Of a stretch of 64,000 nucleotides of DNA, positions 13,385 through 26,410 are shown piece by piece (position 1 is the stretch's first letter; the number at the start of each line of letters is the position of its first letter). Source of the stretch: the human T2T-CHM13v2.0 reference genome, Homo sapiens. The DNA is taken from assembly GCF_009914755.1 (NCBI RefSeq), contig NC_060929.1; one strand, written 5' to 3'. The notes under the pieces are model-generated. The model was not told where the DNA came from and searched no databases. It saw only the letters and a list, made by a program, of their open reading frames with translations. The translations under genes were made by a program, and so were the position numbers.

Positions 13385-13570
13385 TTGAAAGTGCTTGCTG
13401 TGTGCCAGACACTAGACAAGGCAATATTATTCAACATATTATTTTGTTTTAAATGAACCAAACTGTGCTGTTTTTTCTTTGCAGAATATGAAACTGAGGC
13501 TCAGATAATTTAAATAACTTGCTTAAAGGTCACACAGCTTGTAAATGAAGATGGAAAATGAACCATTTTA
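13385..13570 (-). mobile_element. MIR SINE
   Basis: Core GAAACTGAGGCTCAGA...AACTTGCTTAAAGGTCACACAGCTTGTAAATG. Confidence 0.8.
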
Positions 13571-16500
13571 CCCACACCCCCTTCCCCACCAACACCACTG
13601 TTAAGAGCTTTCCTAACTAGAAATGTATTCTGAGCACATCCCCAAACATTAAACAGAACTTGCTTAATAAGTAGAGCTAGCAACCTATTTAAAATTGGCA
13701 GACTATTTTAAAGAAAATACATGTGCAAGTCTGGTTTTCCTGAATAGACTTATCTTTACTGAAAAGGTAACTTTCTTACATCATAGCATTGCTTAATGTA
13801 TATCTTAATTAAGCAGTCCCAACATCTCAAGATACTCAATTCCTTCCTCCCTGATTTGCCCTGAGTATGATTCTGTTTTCCTTTAGTTTGTGATACGAAG
13901 ATTGTTAGTTTCTCTATTATTTTTTCATAGACTATTGGATATTCGAAACATTAGTCAGTCTCTGCTACCCAGAGAAATGTGGTTGTTAAAGTATTCCAGG
14001 GTGGACAGGGAAAGCCTTTTAAAGAGGTGACATCTTACTCACACTGCAGGATCAGAAAGAGTCTTTCAATTTGAATTTCATATCAGATATATTACCAAAA
14101 AAAGTAAGATAGTCTTAAAGCATGTGCATGAAGCTGTTCTGTGGTCTGCAGAGGACTTTAAACTGGATTGATCAATTTATAATGCACTAAAAACAATTTT
14201 ACTATCCATCAAATTTGCAATTTACATATGTATATGGGATTTTGATACTCATATAGCTAGGATAGAGATGTATTTTAAAAGGCAATGGTGTGTATGATTT
14301 GTACCTAAGGAATAAAGTAAGTTGATAGTGAATTTGGCACTGGGGGTGGAGCCAACAGCTGGGAGAAGTGGTGAGCCTGGCTCCAGTCATGAGTCCAAGA
14401 ACAGCTGATGAAACTTAGGAGAAGACTGTCTCATGACATTTTAAGTACCCTCTGCGTATGCCGTGTCCCCTAGACTAATTTTTTAGAATTACCAGTGTTA
14501 ATGATAATAATAAATCAATGACAACAAAACTTACAAAATTCAAGGGCCATAGTTTACCTCTAAAACAGTAGAAAAGGTGAAATTTTGAGTTTGTTACTTG
14601 ACTCCCATTGACCAGCGAAAAGAAAAATGTTTGGTTAAAAGCACTTACAGTTTGATTGCTGACAAGAGTAAAAGGAAAGTCAAATTATGGGGCCCACCAA
14701 CGCAGCGAAATGGGCAGCAGAGAAGGACAAGAGATTTTCCCACCTCTTGGCTTCGTCTTAACCCTATAACTGTTATAGCTAAGGCAGGAGGGCTGGTGGG
14801 AACACACTTACCTGTGTCTGTCATAGGCATCCTTAGTTCTCAGAAAAGACATCACATTTTCAACAGAGCTCCCTCCAGCTATCTCAAATAAAAGCCAACA
14901 GACTGAAGGCTCCTTGCTGTGTATCTTGTGCAAACTTGCAAAATTTATATGAACATAATATTCATTGTTGAAAGATACATGAAAGGAGAATGCTTTTAAT
15001 GTGAATGACTTGGTGTTTTGCTTCTTGGCATGTAATGTCTGAGAGCACTTTGAGAAATTCCAGCCAGAGGAGGCCTTCTGAAATGGCAGCTTTGCATTGA
15101 TGTGGTGCCAGTGGTCAAATTGAAACAGAAGTCTTGAGTGTGTTTCCAGTGCTTTTTTATTGAGAAAGTTATATAAATACAGCACGGAGGTTCCCCCAGT
15201 GTAAACACTTAGCTCTTTATTCTCACTGTTTCCACACCCTGAAATATCTTTCACACCTTCCTATTTGCTGCCTAGGTATTTTTAAAAGAGAAATTATTCT
15301 TTTTAGCAAGTTTTTGTTTGTTGATGTATTTTGCATTTTGTTGTTATGGTGGTGGTTTAGGTTTTTTTGCAATAAATTTTCTGTTTGTTTATCTGATATC
15401 TGTGAAGAAATAAAATATTTTGGAATCGTGGGCATCTTATTTTAGGAGCTTACTTTTACCTAACTCCAAAGTAGGAACTGTCTTAAAGCTAGGAGGCTCC
15501 TCTGTATTTCTAGTTTTCATATTTGAACAGTCAATGTGTCAACCCACGGTGCCTGACATCCCCTACTCCCATTCCTGATGCTCCTCGATGCTCCCAACAG
15601 AGTAAGTTCCTTGCAAACCTGTGGTGGGAGGTCTTTCATGGTGGGCACACAGCCACTCTGAGTCCAAATACGGTCCATCCTGGTTGGCTAGTTTGAGTAA
15701 TGGGAACCCAGACAGCGTGCTGGGTTAGGACTAGGGCAAACAGAGATGGACTCCACGTAAGCCACTCAGACATATCTCCTATTGAATTGAGAAAGTCATT
15801 GTCTTTAAATATAAAAATCTCATCTTGGAATGATAAGTCTTAGGAAAGTCATTTATTCTCTGTGTCTCAGTCTCTTCATTTTTCCAGTGGGGTAATATAG
15901 TTTCACTTCCGTCAAGCCAATCATTCTATACCTAACAATACATATCCTGGACAAAATATAAAACAAAACCACCTGAAGGCACTGGAAAGTGGCCCAAAAG
16001 AAACAGAGCTACGTTGGAGTCAATACTTAAAGGAGACAAACAGCACCTGGATGACCTTTCTCTTTTTATAGATTTTGGCCTTAGGGGAAACCCCACTCAG
16101 TGCCAGTTGGGATGGATAAAATTTTAAAAAGGAAATCTATGTTTTCCCTGGATTATACTACTGGAAGAAAGAGTTCAACATCACTACAGTAGCTAAATAT
16201 GAGGGAAAACCCTAAAAAAAAGAGATCCACAGAGACAGAGAGAGAGAGAGAGAACAGCCAATACTGCATATAAACTCTACACCTGAGACTGGCTGTTGAA
16301 ATAAGCATGATCCAGCCAGCATCCCAGGAGGACGGATGAGAGGATAAAATAACAGAATGGAGATTTCAGCTGCTGCCCGCTGTGGGAGAGACCAGATATG
16401 GAGTTTGACTCCTACTAAAATGAAACAAAACAATCAATATTCTCCAGAGGAATGTGACAGAATGTAAGGTCTCTATAACATGTCATTCATAATGCTTAGT

Positions 16501-16637
16501 CTACAATTCAAAATTAAAATAAATAATAGGAAACAAGGAAAAAATGACCATGTTAAAAAAGAGACAATCAGTGGAAACCAATAGGACCATTACACAGAAT
16601 CTATAATGAGCATGCAAGAATTTTAAAGTGGCTATAA

Positions 16638-17108
16638 CCACAGTATCAAAGACATGGAATCACCTAAGTGGCCACCAGCATTGGATTGGACAAAGAAAAG
16701 GTGGTATATTTACAGCATTGAATTCCACAGAGCCATAAACAAGAACAAAATCATGTGTTTTGCAGCAACGTGGATGCAGGTGGAGGCCATGATCCTAAGT
16801 GAATCGACATAGAAGCAGATAAGCAAATAACAAACATTCTCAGTAATAAGTGGGAGCTAAACATTGGGTATTCATTGAATAAAGACCCTAGGAGCTACTA
16901 GAAGGGGAAAGGAGGAGGACACCTGTTTAAAAACTAACTATGGGTACTATGCTCAGTACCTGGGTGATGATGGGATCAACTGTACCCAAACCTCAGCATC
17001 TTGGAATACACCCATGTAAAAAAACAAAAACCTTTACATGTATGCCCTGAATCTAAAATAAAGTTAACATTACTTTTTAAAAAAGAAATTATAATCACTC
17101 TAAAAATA
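16638..17108 (+). mobile_element. L1PB-like 3' end nested in L1M
   Basis: L1 3' end (GGGTACTATGCTCAGTACCTGGGTGA...AAACCTCAGCATC...CCCTGAATCTAAAATAAAG) flanked by TAAAGTGGCTATAA (16624-16637) and TAAAGTGGTTATAA (17109-17122). Confidence 0.82.
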
Positions 17109-18339
17109 TAAAGTGGTTATAATTAAGTTTTTAAAAAGGAAGCAAAAGAAAGTACAGTGAACCATAAGACATAAATTTAACAGAGAAATAGAAACTATAA
17201 GAAGGAACCATATTAAAATTCTGGAACTGGAAATCTAAATTTGCAATGTTAATATATTAATGAGTGAGATTAACAACATATTGGAGATGACAGAAGAATA
17301 GTATTGAACATGAGCAGGACCATTAGAAATTATCTAATCTGAAGAACAGGGAGAAAAATGATTTTTTTAAGACAGCAAAGGCTCAGTAATCTATATGATA
17401 AAAAGCCTAACATATTTGTAATGGAGTCACAGAAAAGGAGTGAGAGAGGATGGAGAAGAACATATATTTGGGGAAATAATGGCTAAATTTGTCCAAAATG
17501 TGGGGGAAAATAAAAATACAGATTCAAGAAGTTTAGTAAATGCCTGGCTAACTAAATACAAAGAACACCTCTACCAGACATGTCATGGTCAAATTGGTGC
17601 AAACCAAGAGAAAATCTCAAAGATAGCCAGAGAAAACTGACAGATCGAAGGGAAACAATATGAATGACTGTTGACACTTCATCAGAATCAATGGAGCCAC
17701 AACAGAGTGGGATAACAATGTTAAAATGCTAAAAGAAAACAAACATCTTAGACCACAGCTCTAACTCTAAGTGAAAATATCCTTCAAGAATTAAGACAAA
17801 ATGAAGGCATTTTAAATGAACAGTAACTAAGAGCATTATTCACCAGCAGACGTGAACTGTATGAGAAAGTAAAGGAACTCCTTCAGACTGAGTTGAAATG
17901 ATGGAAAGTTGGATTGCCAGGAAAGAAGAACAACCTTTGGAAATTGTAAAATGTTTGTAAATATTAACAAAAAACCTGTTTTATCTTAATTTTAAAAACA
18001 CATATGGAAGTTTAAGATGGATATGATAACATCATATTGAAAAATTTGTAATATTTGCATTGTAATACATGACAGGGATAGTATATAGTGTATGTGTACA
18101 CACATACAAACACACATATATTTCATATATAGAGTATACTGTATAGTAGAATTGGAATGAACACATAGAGTTCCAGGATTCTCATATTAGGTGTACAATA
18201 TTAATTCTAAATCAACTTTAATCACTAGAGCAATCACTTGGGTAGTAATGCAAAGAGGTATAGCTGCAAATCCAATCAATTAATTGAAATGGGGTTAAAA
18301 AGAATAAGTTACAGAAGGAAAAAGTAGAGAAAGAGAAAC

Positions 18340-18789
<450 letters not shown>

Positions 18790-21010
18790 TCAAAATAGGT
18801 AAAAAGCAAGACCAAGTTATATGTTGTTTGCATGAGATGCACTTTTAGTATAAAGACACGGGTTAAAGATAAAAGGCAGCAAAAGATAAGTAGGCAAACA
18901 GGCACTGTAAGGTTGGAGTGGCTAGGTTAACATTATTTAGAGTAGGTTTCAGGACAGATTATTATCAGACATTTTACAATAATATCATTCTGCATTCATT
19001 AGGAGGACATAACAGTCGTGAACATGTATGGGCTTAAAATAATCCTTAAAAGCATAAGGATCCACAAATAGATAATTACCTGAAAACAACTGTTAAAATG
19101 AAAAAGAGTAAGAGACAAATCCTCTTAAGATGAACCAGTGATACTTAGAGAACAAAATAACACCAATCTTACACAAGCCATTTCAAAAATTAAAAAGGAA
19201 AGAACTCTTGTCGACTCATTTTATGAGGCCAGAATAACCGAGATACTAAAACCTAACAAAGATCGTAGAAAAGAAAATGACTGACCCATATTCCAGATGA
19301 ATTTATACACAAAATTCTTACTAAAATCTTAGCAAATAAAATCCACCAATATATACAAAGAATAATATATTTTGACCATATTAAGTTTATCCTAAGAATA
19401 GTTTAACACATTCACAGAACAAAGGAGAAACTCTATGTGAATATTACAATAAATGGGAGAATTACATGGCAAAATTTAACCCTCCTATGTGATTAAAACA
19501 CTCAGTAGTTTAGAAGAGAAAGTAGAAATTTTAAACTGAAAAAGGGCATATATGAGAAAAATAAAACTAACATTTTACTCAATGGTCAAATATTAAACAC
19601 TTTTCCTCTAAAGTCTGGAACAAGGAACTTCTATTTAATATTTACTGCAGGGCATGCAAATGAAGAGAGGCCAGAAAGAAAATGGCATAAAACATAGAAA
19701 GGAACAAGTAAAACTGTCTTTTTCATAGATCAGTTATATACATAGAAAATTCTAAGAATTTGATTAAGCAACTAGTAGAATTAATATGCAAGTGTAGCAA
19801 GGTTGAAGAATACAATGTCAATGTACAAAAATCAGTTGTGTTTTATATACTGGTAGGAAAAAATGTAAAATAAAAGTAAAAATCTAATTTCCTTTACAGT
19901 TTTTTTCAAAAATTATAATATCTAATAATGAATTTAAGAAAAGACAAATTAGATCTCTACATTTAAAATTACACATTTAAGATGTATTTAAAAAGACCAA
20001 AGTTGACAGAACAGTATACTTTACTCATGAATTGGAAACCTCAAACATATTAGGATGAAAATTTTCTCAAGATTATTGTACATAGTGAATCAATCTTAAT
20101 GGTAAGCTCAACAGTCTATTTGTGGAAATTTATAAACTGATTATAATATTTATATTGAAATACAAAGGACTTAGGGTAATCACAGTGATCTTGTAAAAGT
20201 AGAACAAAGTTAAAGTATTTAACTTTGGTTAGCTTTGCTATTCAGGATACAGTGGTCCTAGCATAAGGATCCACCAATAGATCAATGTCCCATAAACCCA
20301 TAAAAAGGGACTCAAATTCAGCACTCATCAGGGAAATGCAAATTGAAACCAGAATGAGATAACACTACCCATATATCAAAATGACTCAATTTAAAAGAAT
20401 GACAACACCAGTTATTGTCAAAGTTATCGGATAACTGGACCTTTTGTACATTGATGGTAGATGTGCAAAATGGTATAGCCATTTGGGGAAAAGATCTGGC
20501 AATTTCTTTCAAAATGAATCACACCTGCTCTGTGACCTAGCAATTCAACTTCTAGGTATGTACCCAAGAGAAATAAAAATGTGACCACATATGCTTGATT
20601 TCAAATAGCAAAAACTGGGAACAGCTGAAGTGTCCAGGAACAGAATAATGGCTATACAAACTATGAAGTATTCATACACTGGAATACAGCTGAGAAGTAA
20701 AAAGGAACAAGCAACTGTTACATGCAACATAGATAAGTCACGAAAACATATGCTAAATGAAAGGAAGCCCAATGCAAAGTGTACTGAGTGATTTTTTTAT
20801 ATGAGGGTAAGACTGGATGAAAAATAGCAGAAAAGTGGTTGCCTCTAGGAAAGAAGGAAAGGGAATGACTGAGAATGGGGTGATTTCTTCCATAGTGGTA
20901 ATGTTCCACATCTTTATAGGGTTTTTCTTTACTCTGATGGATGCATTTGTCAAAAATTATTAAATGGTACTAAAGACCTAATGTAAAGCATAATTAATAA
21001 TATTGGATTG

Positions 21011-22587
21011 GGATAGTCCTAAAAGACACAATCCCAAAAACAATGATAGCGAATGTTGAAATCCTGAAGGATCAAAACTCCAAAAATATCATTTCGGAAA
21101 AAAATAAGTTTTAAAGATATTTCTTTATATTTCTAAAAGGGAATTTTCTTGAGAACATATAAAAACATGACAGAACACTTCATAGGTCACTTTGCACAAT
21201 AAAATAGGCAATAATAATGCATATTTTTGCATAAATACTCAGGTATAATAAGGACACTAGTATGGCTGTAATAGTTTTGAGCAGATGAACTGTGTTCATA
21301 AAGAAATAGATCAAAAAGAAGAAAGTATAGACACGTATCACTATGTTTGGAGATTGTGTGCACCCAGCTTTGTAACTGTGGTTATCTGAAATGCCATGAC
21401 GAACAACCGAAGTCTTTATGTAAAAATGTCTTTTGCTGAAATTGATAAAAAAATTATGGTGGGTCACCACCACAGTTGCCCAAAGAGCTGAGATCTTGTA
21501 AAATTTTTATTTATCAGAAATGCAGGTGTACAAAAAGATCATATCTTCATTTATGGAGAAAGCTTCAACATTTTTACAAATATATACAATACTTACACAA
21601 AAAGTTAACTTTGTGATGATGCACTTTTGTGGACGCAAATTTGCCAAAATGCGTGAAATGAATTAGAACTCTCTAAAAGTCTCTACACAATTTATACCTT
21701 CACTATTGAAAGTGATGCAGAGATGAAATACACAGCATCACAAACTAAAAATAATGCTGACAATGTAAAATAGTGGAAAAAATGTTTTCTAAAAAGAAAC
21801 AACTGAAAATCTAAAAATAATATTTGATTTATGAAAAAGTATATTACAGGGGGCTATGGGCACAGACATAGTATATAAGAGGTGGCCAGATTTCACCATC
21901 ATTAACTATATTTAGAAGTCTTGCATCACAATGAATAGCTGCTTTTTTTCTTTTGGGACCTGGGTCTCCTCTGAGAATATGTTCACATTCATTTTCTACG
22001 TGGCAATTTCAATTTTTTTGAAATTCTTCTATGATTTGGTCAATATACATCAAGATGAGCATTCCCTGTCAAATTCTCCCATCTTCTGTGCCATGCCTCT
22101 ATGTTGTTTTGTGTATGTGGAAATCCATTCCACACGTATTCATCCACAGACCACGAATTTAGTGGAAACAATAATGGTGATAGAATAGCAACATCTTGCG
22201 TGTCCCTTTATCCTAGCAGACACATACTATTTTCAATCCAGTCAGGAACTTCACTGGCTTCTTCAGGCAAATGTGGTTTTAATTTATTAAATGCTCCTGG
22301 AATATCATCAACTGGAATGAATGCTAATGCAGGCAAATGACACGTTTAAACTGAAGTTTTCCATAGTTACTGTGTTTCATAGCCAATTTACAATCTGAAT
22401 TTTCTCTCAAATGCAAATAAAGACAATAAACAGTTAATAGTTCCACCTACCATGATGCAACTAACATCATTATCCTACCTACAACCCAAAACACACTAAT
22501 CCCTTCCCCAGAATTCAGCTTTCAGGATTTCAGCATTTAGGATTATGGCATTCAAGTTTGTGTCTTTCGGGATTAGTATCCAAACCC
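21011..22587 (-). mobile_element. Ricksha (MULE/MuDR) DNA transposon with transposase remnant
   Basis: Inverted termini (left ...TCCTAAAAGACACAATCCC...GAATGTTGAAATCCTGAAGGATCAAAA; right TTTCAGGATTTCAGCATTTAGGATTATGGC...TGTGTCTTTCGGGATTAGTATCCAAACCC); 9-bp flanks ATTGGATTG / ATTGAATTG; minus-strand peptide ALAFIP...LFP..SWSV...PHTQNNIEAWHRRW. Confidence 0.85.
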
Positions 22588-22775
22588 ATTGAATTGCACA
22601 CCAGAACTGCTAAGAGTAGCATTTAGGTGTTCTTACCACCACCAAAAAGGTAACTATGTGAAGCAATGGCTATGTTAACTTACTCGACAGCAGTCATCAT
22701 TTCGCGATTTGTATGTACATGGTGAAACACCATGCTGTACTCCTTAAATATATACAGTTTCTTGAAAAGAGGTAA
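22588..22775 (+). mobile_element. L1M (L1MC-like) 3' end, host of the Ricksha insertion
   Basis: GCTAAGAGTAGCATTTAGGTGTTCTTACCAC...GGTAACTATGTG...ACCATGCTGTACTCCTTAAATATATACA. Confidence 0.7.
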
Positions 22776-23824
22776 AACATGTAATTATATGCATATTTTA
22801 TGCTGACTATCACAATGTTTTAAAACTTGAGTTCTCATTTAGTGAAAATACATCATTCATTTCATTGTTTTCTTAACACACAACTTGTATTCTAGTAACT
22901 GGTAAAGTTAAATTCAGCCAACTTGGCTTATATTTTTCCCTGTATCATGACTGGTAGGTAAGATTATCACTATATTTAGAAAGGGAAAGTAATGTACTTG
23001 TTTTATTTATCTCGTTTTCCTTTTGTTCTGGCAAACCGATATGATAAATTTGGATTAATCCATGGCAAGCTGATCATTGCATTTAAAGTTTGAGAAAAAA
23101 ATTATACTAAATTATTGATGTGCAAACTCAAGCCAGAATGGTAATTTTTTAAAACAGCCACTTTCAAGGTCCCAACCACATTAACAGGCCTGTCCTTTCT
23201 GTCAGCTTCTCCCACCCTCATCCATTCTCATCCTCCTGTCTTCCTTTCCAGATCTCAGTGCAGGCCTATGTCGACACCAAACTATTCTGTGTCAATTCCT
23301 GAGTTCTGACAAATGTGAGGGAAAGGAACTATGCAGTTAATTCAACCCGTAACATTTGCTGCAGGTCTTCATTTTCGAATAGGAGACAAGGTCATCTAAT
23401 GAGCCGCTGACAGGAGCCCGCCGTGCATCTCGGGGGATGTCTTCAGGCAGCTCACCGGCTGTCTTTAGCTTGCCCAGACAGGCCCATGATAAACTCATCA
23501 AGAGTGGCTGAGAAAGGCCTGCAGCTGGGTGGCGGTGTAAGTGTGTGGACTGTGATAGGTGAGCGTTGGGGAGTCCTCTTTAATTTACGACAAAGGCAAG
23601 TGAAGTTCATTTGAATGGAGCTCCTACATGGATCCTATTCTATGTCTGTGTCCATGTTTACATCCATCGCCACATCTTCGTCTATCTATCCCTTCAGATC
23701 TCTATTTGTAGATGCAGTATCATCTAATTTATCTATCTGTAGAGATAGTATTTATGTCTGTACATTTTCACACAGGTATATAGATAGATAGATAGACAAA
23801 GACATAGATATAGGTGATATAGAT

Positions 23825-23970
23825 CGTTTAATCCCCTAGTTTACAGGTGAACAGTTTGAGGCTCAGATTTGAAGAGAGTGTCTAGAGTTATAGACCCAGT
23901 GACAGGTGGAGTCAGGTCCAAACCCTTTCCTGCCCAGGCCCGAAGTGCTGACTTTCAGCTGCACCATACC
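23825..23970 (-). mobile_element. MIR SINE
   Basis: TTTACAGGTGAACAGTTTGAGGCTCAGA...ACCCAGTGACAGGTGGAGTCAGG. Confidence 0.65.
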
Positions 23971-24719
23971 ATCACTCGCAGGACTAACTTCAACTCATCC
24001 CTTGGGACTTAACTCAGGGATCACCTGCTGCAGGGTGTCCCCACTCACCCTGCTTCCTTCCCGAGGTGGCGTCCCTCCTCCCAGGTGATCACTTGGGGAT
24101 CCTTGTCTAATTGTTGTCCAGTGGCACTAAGCAGTGTCATGAGTTTGATCTATTTATGTGGCATCTTCCCTACTCTGTTGCGAGATGCTTGATGACGCAT
24201 AGCGTTTTCTTTCATTTCAATTTTATTTTTACTTTAAGTCAAAGCATTGACATCTATTATAAATATCATACATGATGTAGTAAAAAAAAATTAAAACAGT
24301 CTTCGTTCTCAACGACCAGCCTCCCCCAGAGTTCCACAGTTGATGGGCTCCTGTACCTTCTAGGGAACAGGTGGGATTTATCTTTCCATTCCTTGAATCT
24401 TAGGTAGGGCCAGGTGCCTGAAATGTGGTAGCGGATTAAAACCTGCCTGGATTACTTCACGGATGAAGCCCTTCATCTTTAATTAAGAACAAAGTTATAT
24501 TCAGAATGACAGCAATCAATTTAGAAAATGATTCCTATTTATATTATGGACAAGTAAGGGAAAGATTTGGAGAAGGAGCAAATAAAGGAGAACATAAACA
24601 CAGGGTCGTAGAAGAGGATAGGGAAACGTTGAGAGAATCGGTTGATTAGGGGTTCAGCTGCCAGAAGTCTGGGACTGCTGATGTCTCTTCTTCTACTTTG
24701 CCATTAAAATGACCAGGAC

Positions 24720-25900
24720 AGGCCAACAGTCTTATTAAAATTATTGTGTCAATACTAGCTAATACAATTAGTCAAGAGAAAGAAAAAAGCTGTAAGTATT
24801 AGAGAGACAGTATAAATTTATTATTACTACTATTACAATCCCTGTTATTGTTACTGCAAATAATATGTTGATACCAGAAAAACCCAAGAAAATTAAGAAA
24901 AGTAATTAGAAGCAATGTAAGAGGCTGATAAGCTTTCCTTATTTCAGTAATATGGTTATAAAAATATCATAAAAGAAAGGATTCTATCAGAAATATTTTT
25001 AAAATGGAATGTTTTGGAAAAAATTAATGAGAAAAATAGAAAACATGTACAAGGAAACTAAAATTCTTTCCTGAAACACATAAAAAAATCCACATAAATA
25101 GGAAATGTGGACATACCATGTTGGGTGGAAATATTACATATTACAACAAGGCCAATCTTTGCTAGATTTATTTATAATGGTAAAAATATGAATCAACAGC
25201 CCACTGGGCCTTTTTTGGTAACTGGATAAAATAATGCTGTATTTTATTTTTAAAAGTAAACCAGACATGGTATCTAAAAAATGCACCGTCAATTATGGGT
25301 TAAGAACCAGTGGATAGATCAATGGACTGTTGCCACCGATGGCAAGCTTTTTCTGTAAAGGCCGAGACAATACTTATATTTTCAGCTTCATGGGCCAAAC
25401 TACTCATCTCTGTTGTTTTAGCACAAATGCAGCCATAGACAACATGTAAATGAGCATGGCTCTGTTCCAATGAAACTTTATTTATGTACACTGAAATTTG
25501 AAATTTATGTAATTTTCATGTGTCACGAAACATTATGTTGCTTGGGAATTTTATTTTAATCATTTAAAAATGTAAAAATCATTCTTAGCTCTTGGGCTGT
25601 ACAAAAACAAGCTGCAGGACTGATTTGGCCTGCAGTTTGTAGTTTGCCAATCCCTGGAATAGATCAAAGAGCAAAGAAACAAATAATACGACACGTAAGT
25701 AAGGAAAATATTGTAAAGGAGGAAAATAAAAGTTATCTGATAAACAGGTATTAGGAGTTGGCTCCTTCACTGAGGGAAAAAATTATGTTAAACCTTCACT
25801 ATCCAACAGCTAAAATAAATTCCAAATGAAGAGTTAAGAGTAAAAAACTAAAGTGATTAAATTTAAGAGTGAAATGCAGCAGGTAAAACTAACTGATTTG
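24720..25900 (+). mobile_element. Ancient L1M ORF2 remnant interrupted by MER58
   Basis: Decayed ORF2 motifs (AATTAGTCAAGAGAAAGAAA, GGAACTGGATAAAATAATGCT, ATAGATCAATGGA). Confidence 0.6.
25334..25656. mobile_element. MER58B (hAT-Charlie)
   Basis: GGCAAGCTTTTTCTGTAAAGGCC...GCAGCCATAGACAA...TGTTCCAATGAAACTTTATTTAT...TAGTTTGCCAATCCCTG. Confidence 0.88.
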
Positions 25901-26181
25901 CAAGGCACTGTAATGGTCCTTAATAGCCACTTGATAATTGCACAATAACCTTGACCATTACAAAAATTAATAGCATTAAATTGCCTTATTCACCCTAATT
26001 TATTTTCTAAAGGGTTTGCTACTGTCTGATTTTTTAAAGACTTTAGTAAAAGGCTAGGGAAAACAGATGAAAAACATACACTGTAACCAACAACAACAAA
26101 AAATGATTCCAATTTTGTTTTTACAAAATATGCATAGACAAAGTAAAAAAGACTGGAAAGAAATAAACAATGTCCACTGGC

Positions 26182-26261
26182 AAAAAAAAAGAAAGAAAGA
26201 AGAGAGAAAGAGGAAGGAAGGGAGGGAGGGAGGGATAGAAAGAAAGAAAGAAGGAAAGAAA

Positions 26262-26333
<72 letters not shown>

Positions 26334-26410
26334 AAAGAAAAGAAAAGAAAGAGAAAGAAAGAAAGGAGGGAGGGAAGGAGGAAGGAAGGAAGGAGAGAAA
26401 AGAAAGAAAA
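26182..26410. repeat. Compound (AAAG)n/(GGAA)n/(GGGA)n polypurine STR
   Basis: About 230 nt of purines with a single T; about 18 uninterrupted AAAG units at 26261-26332. Confidence 0.95.
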
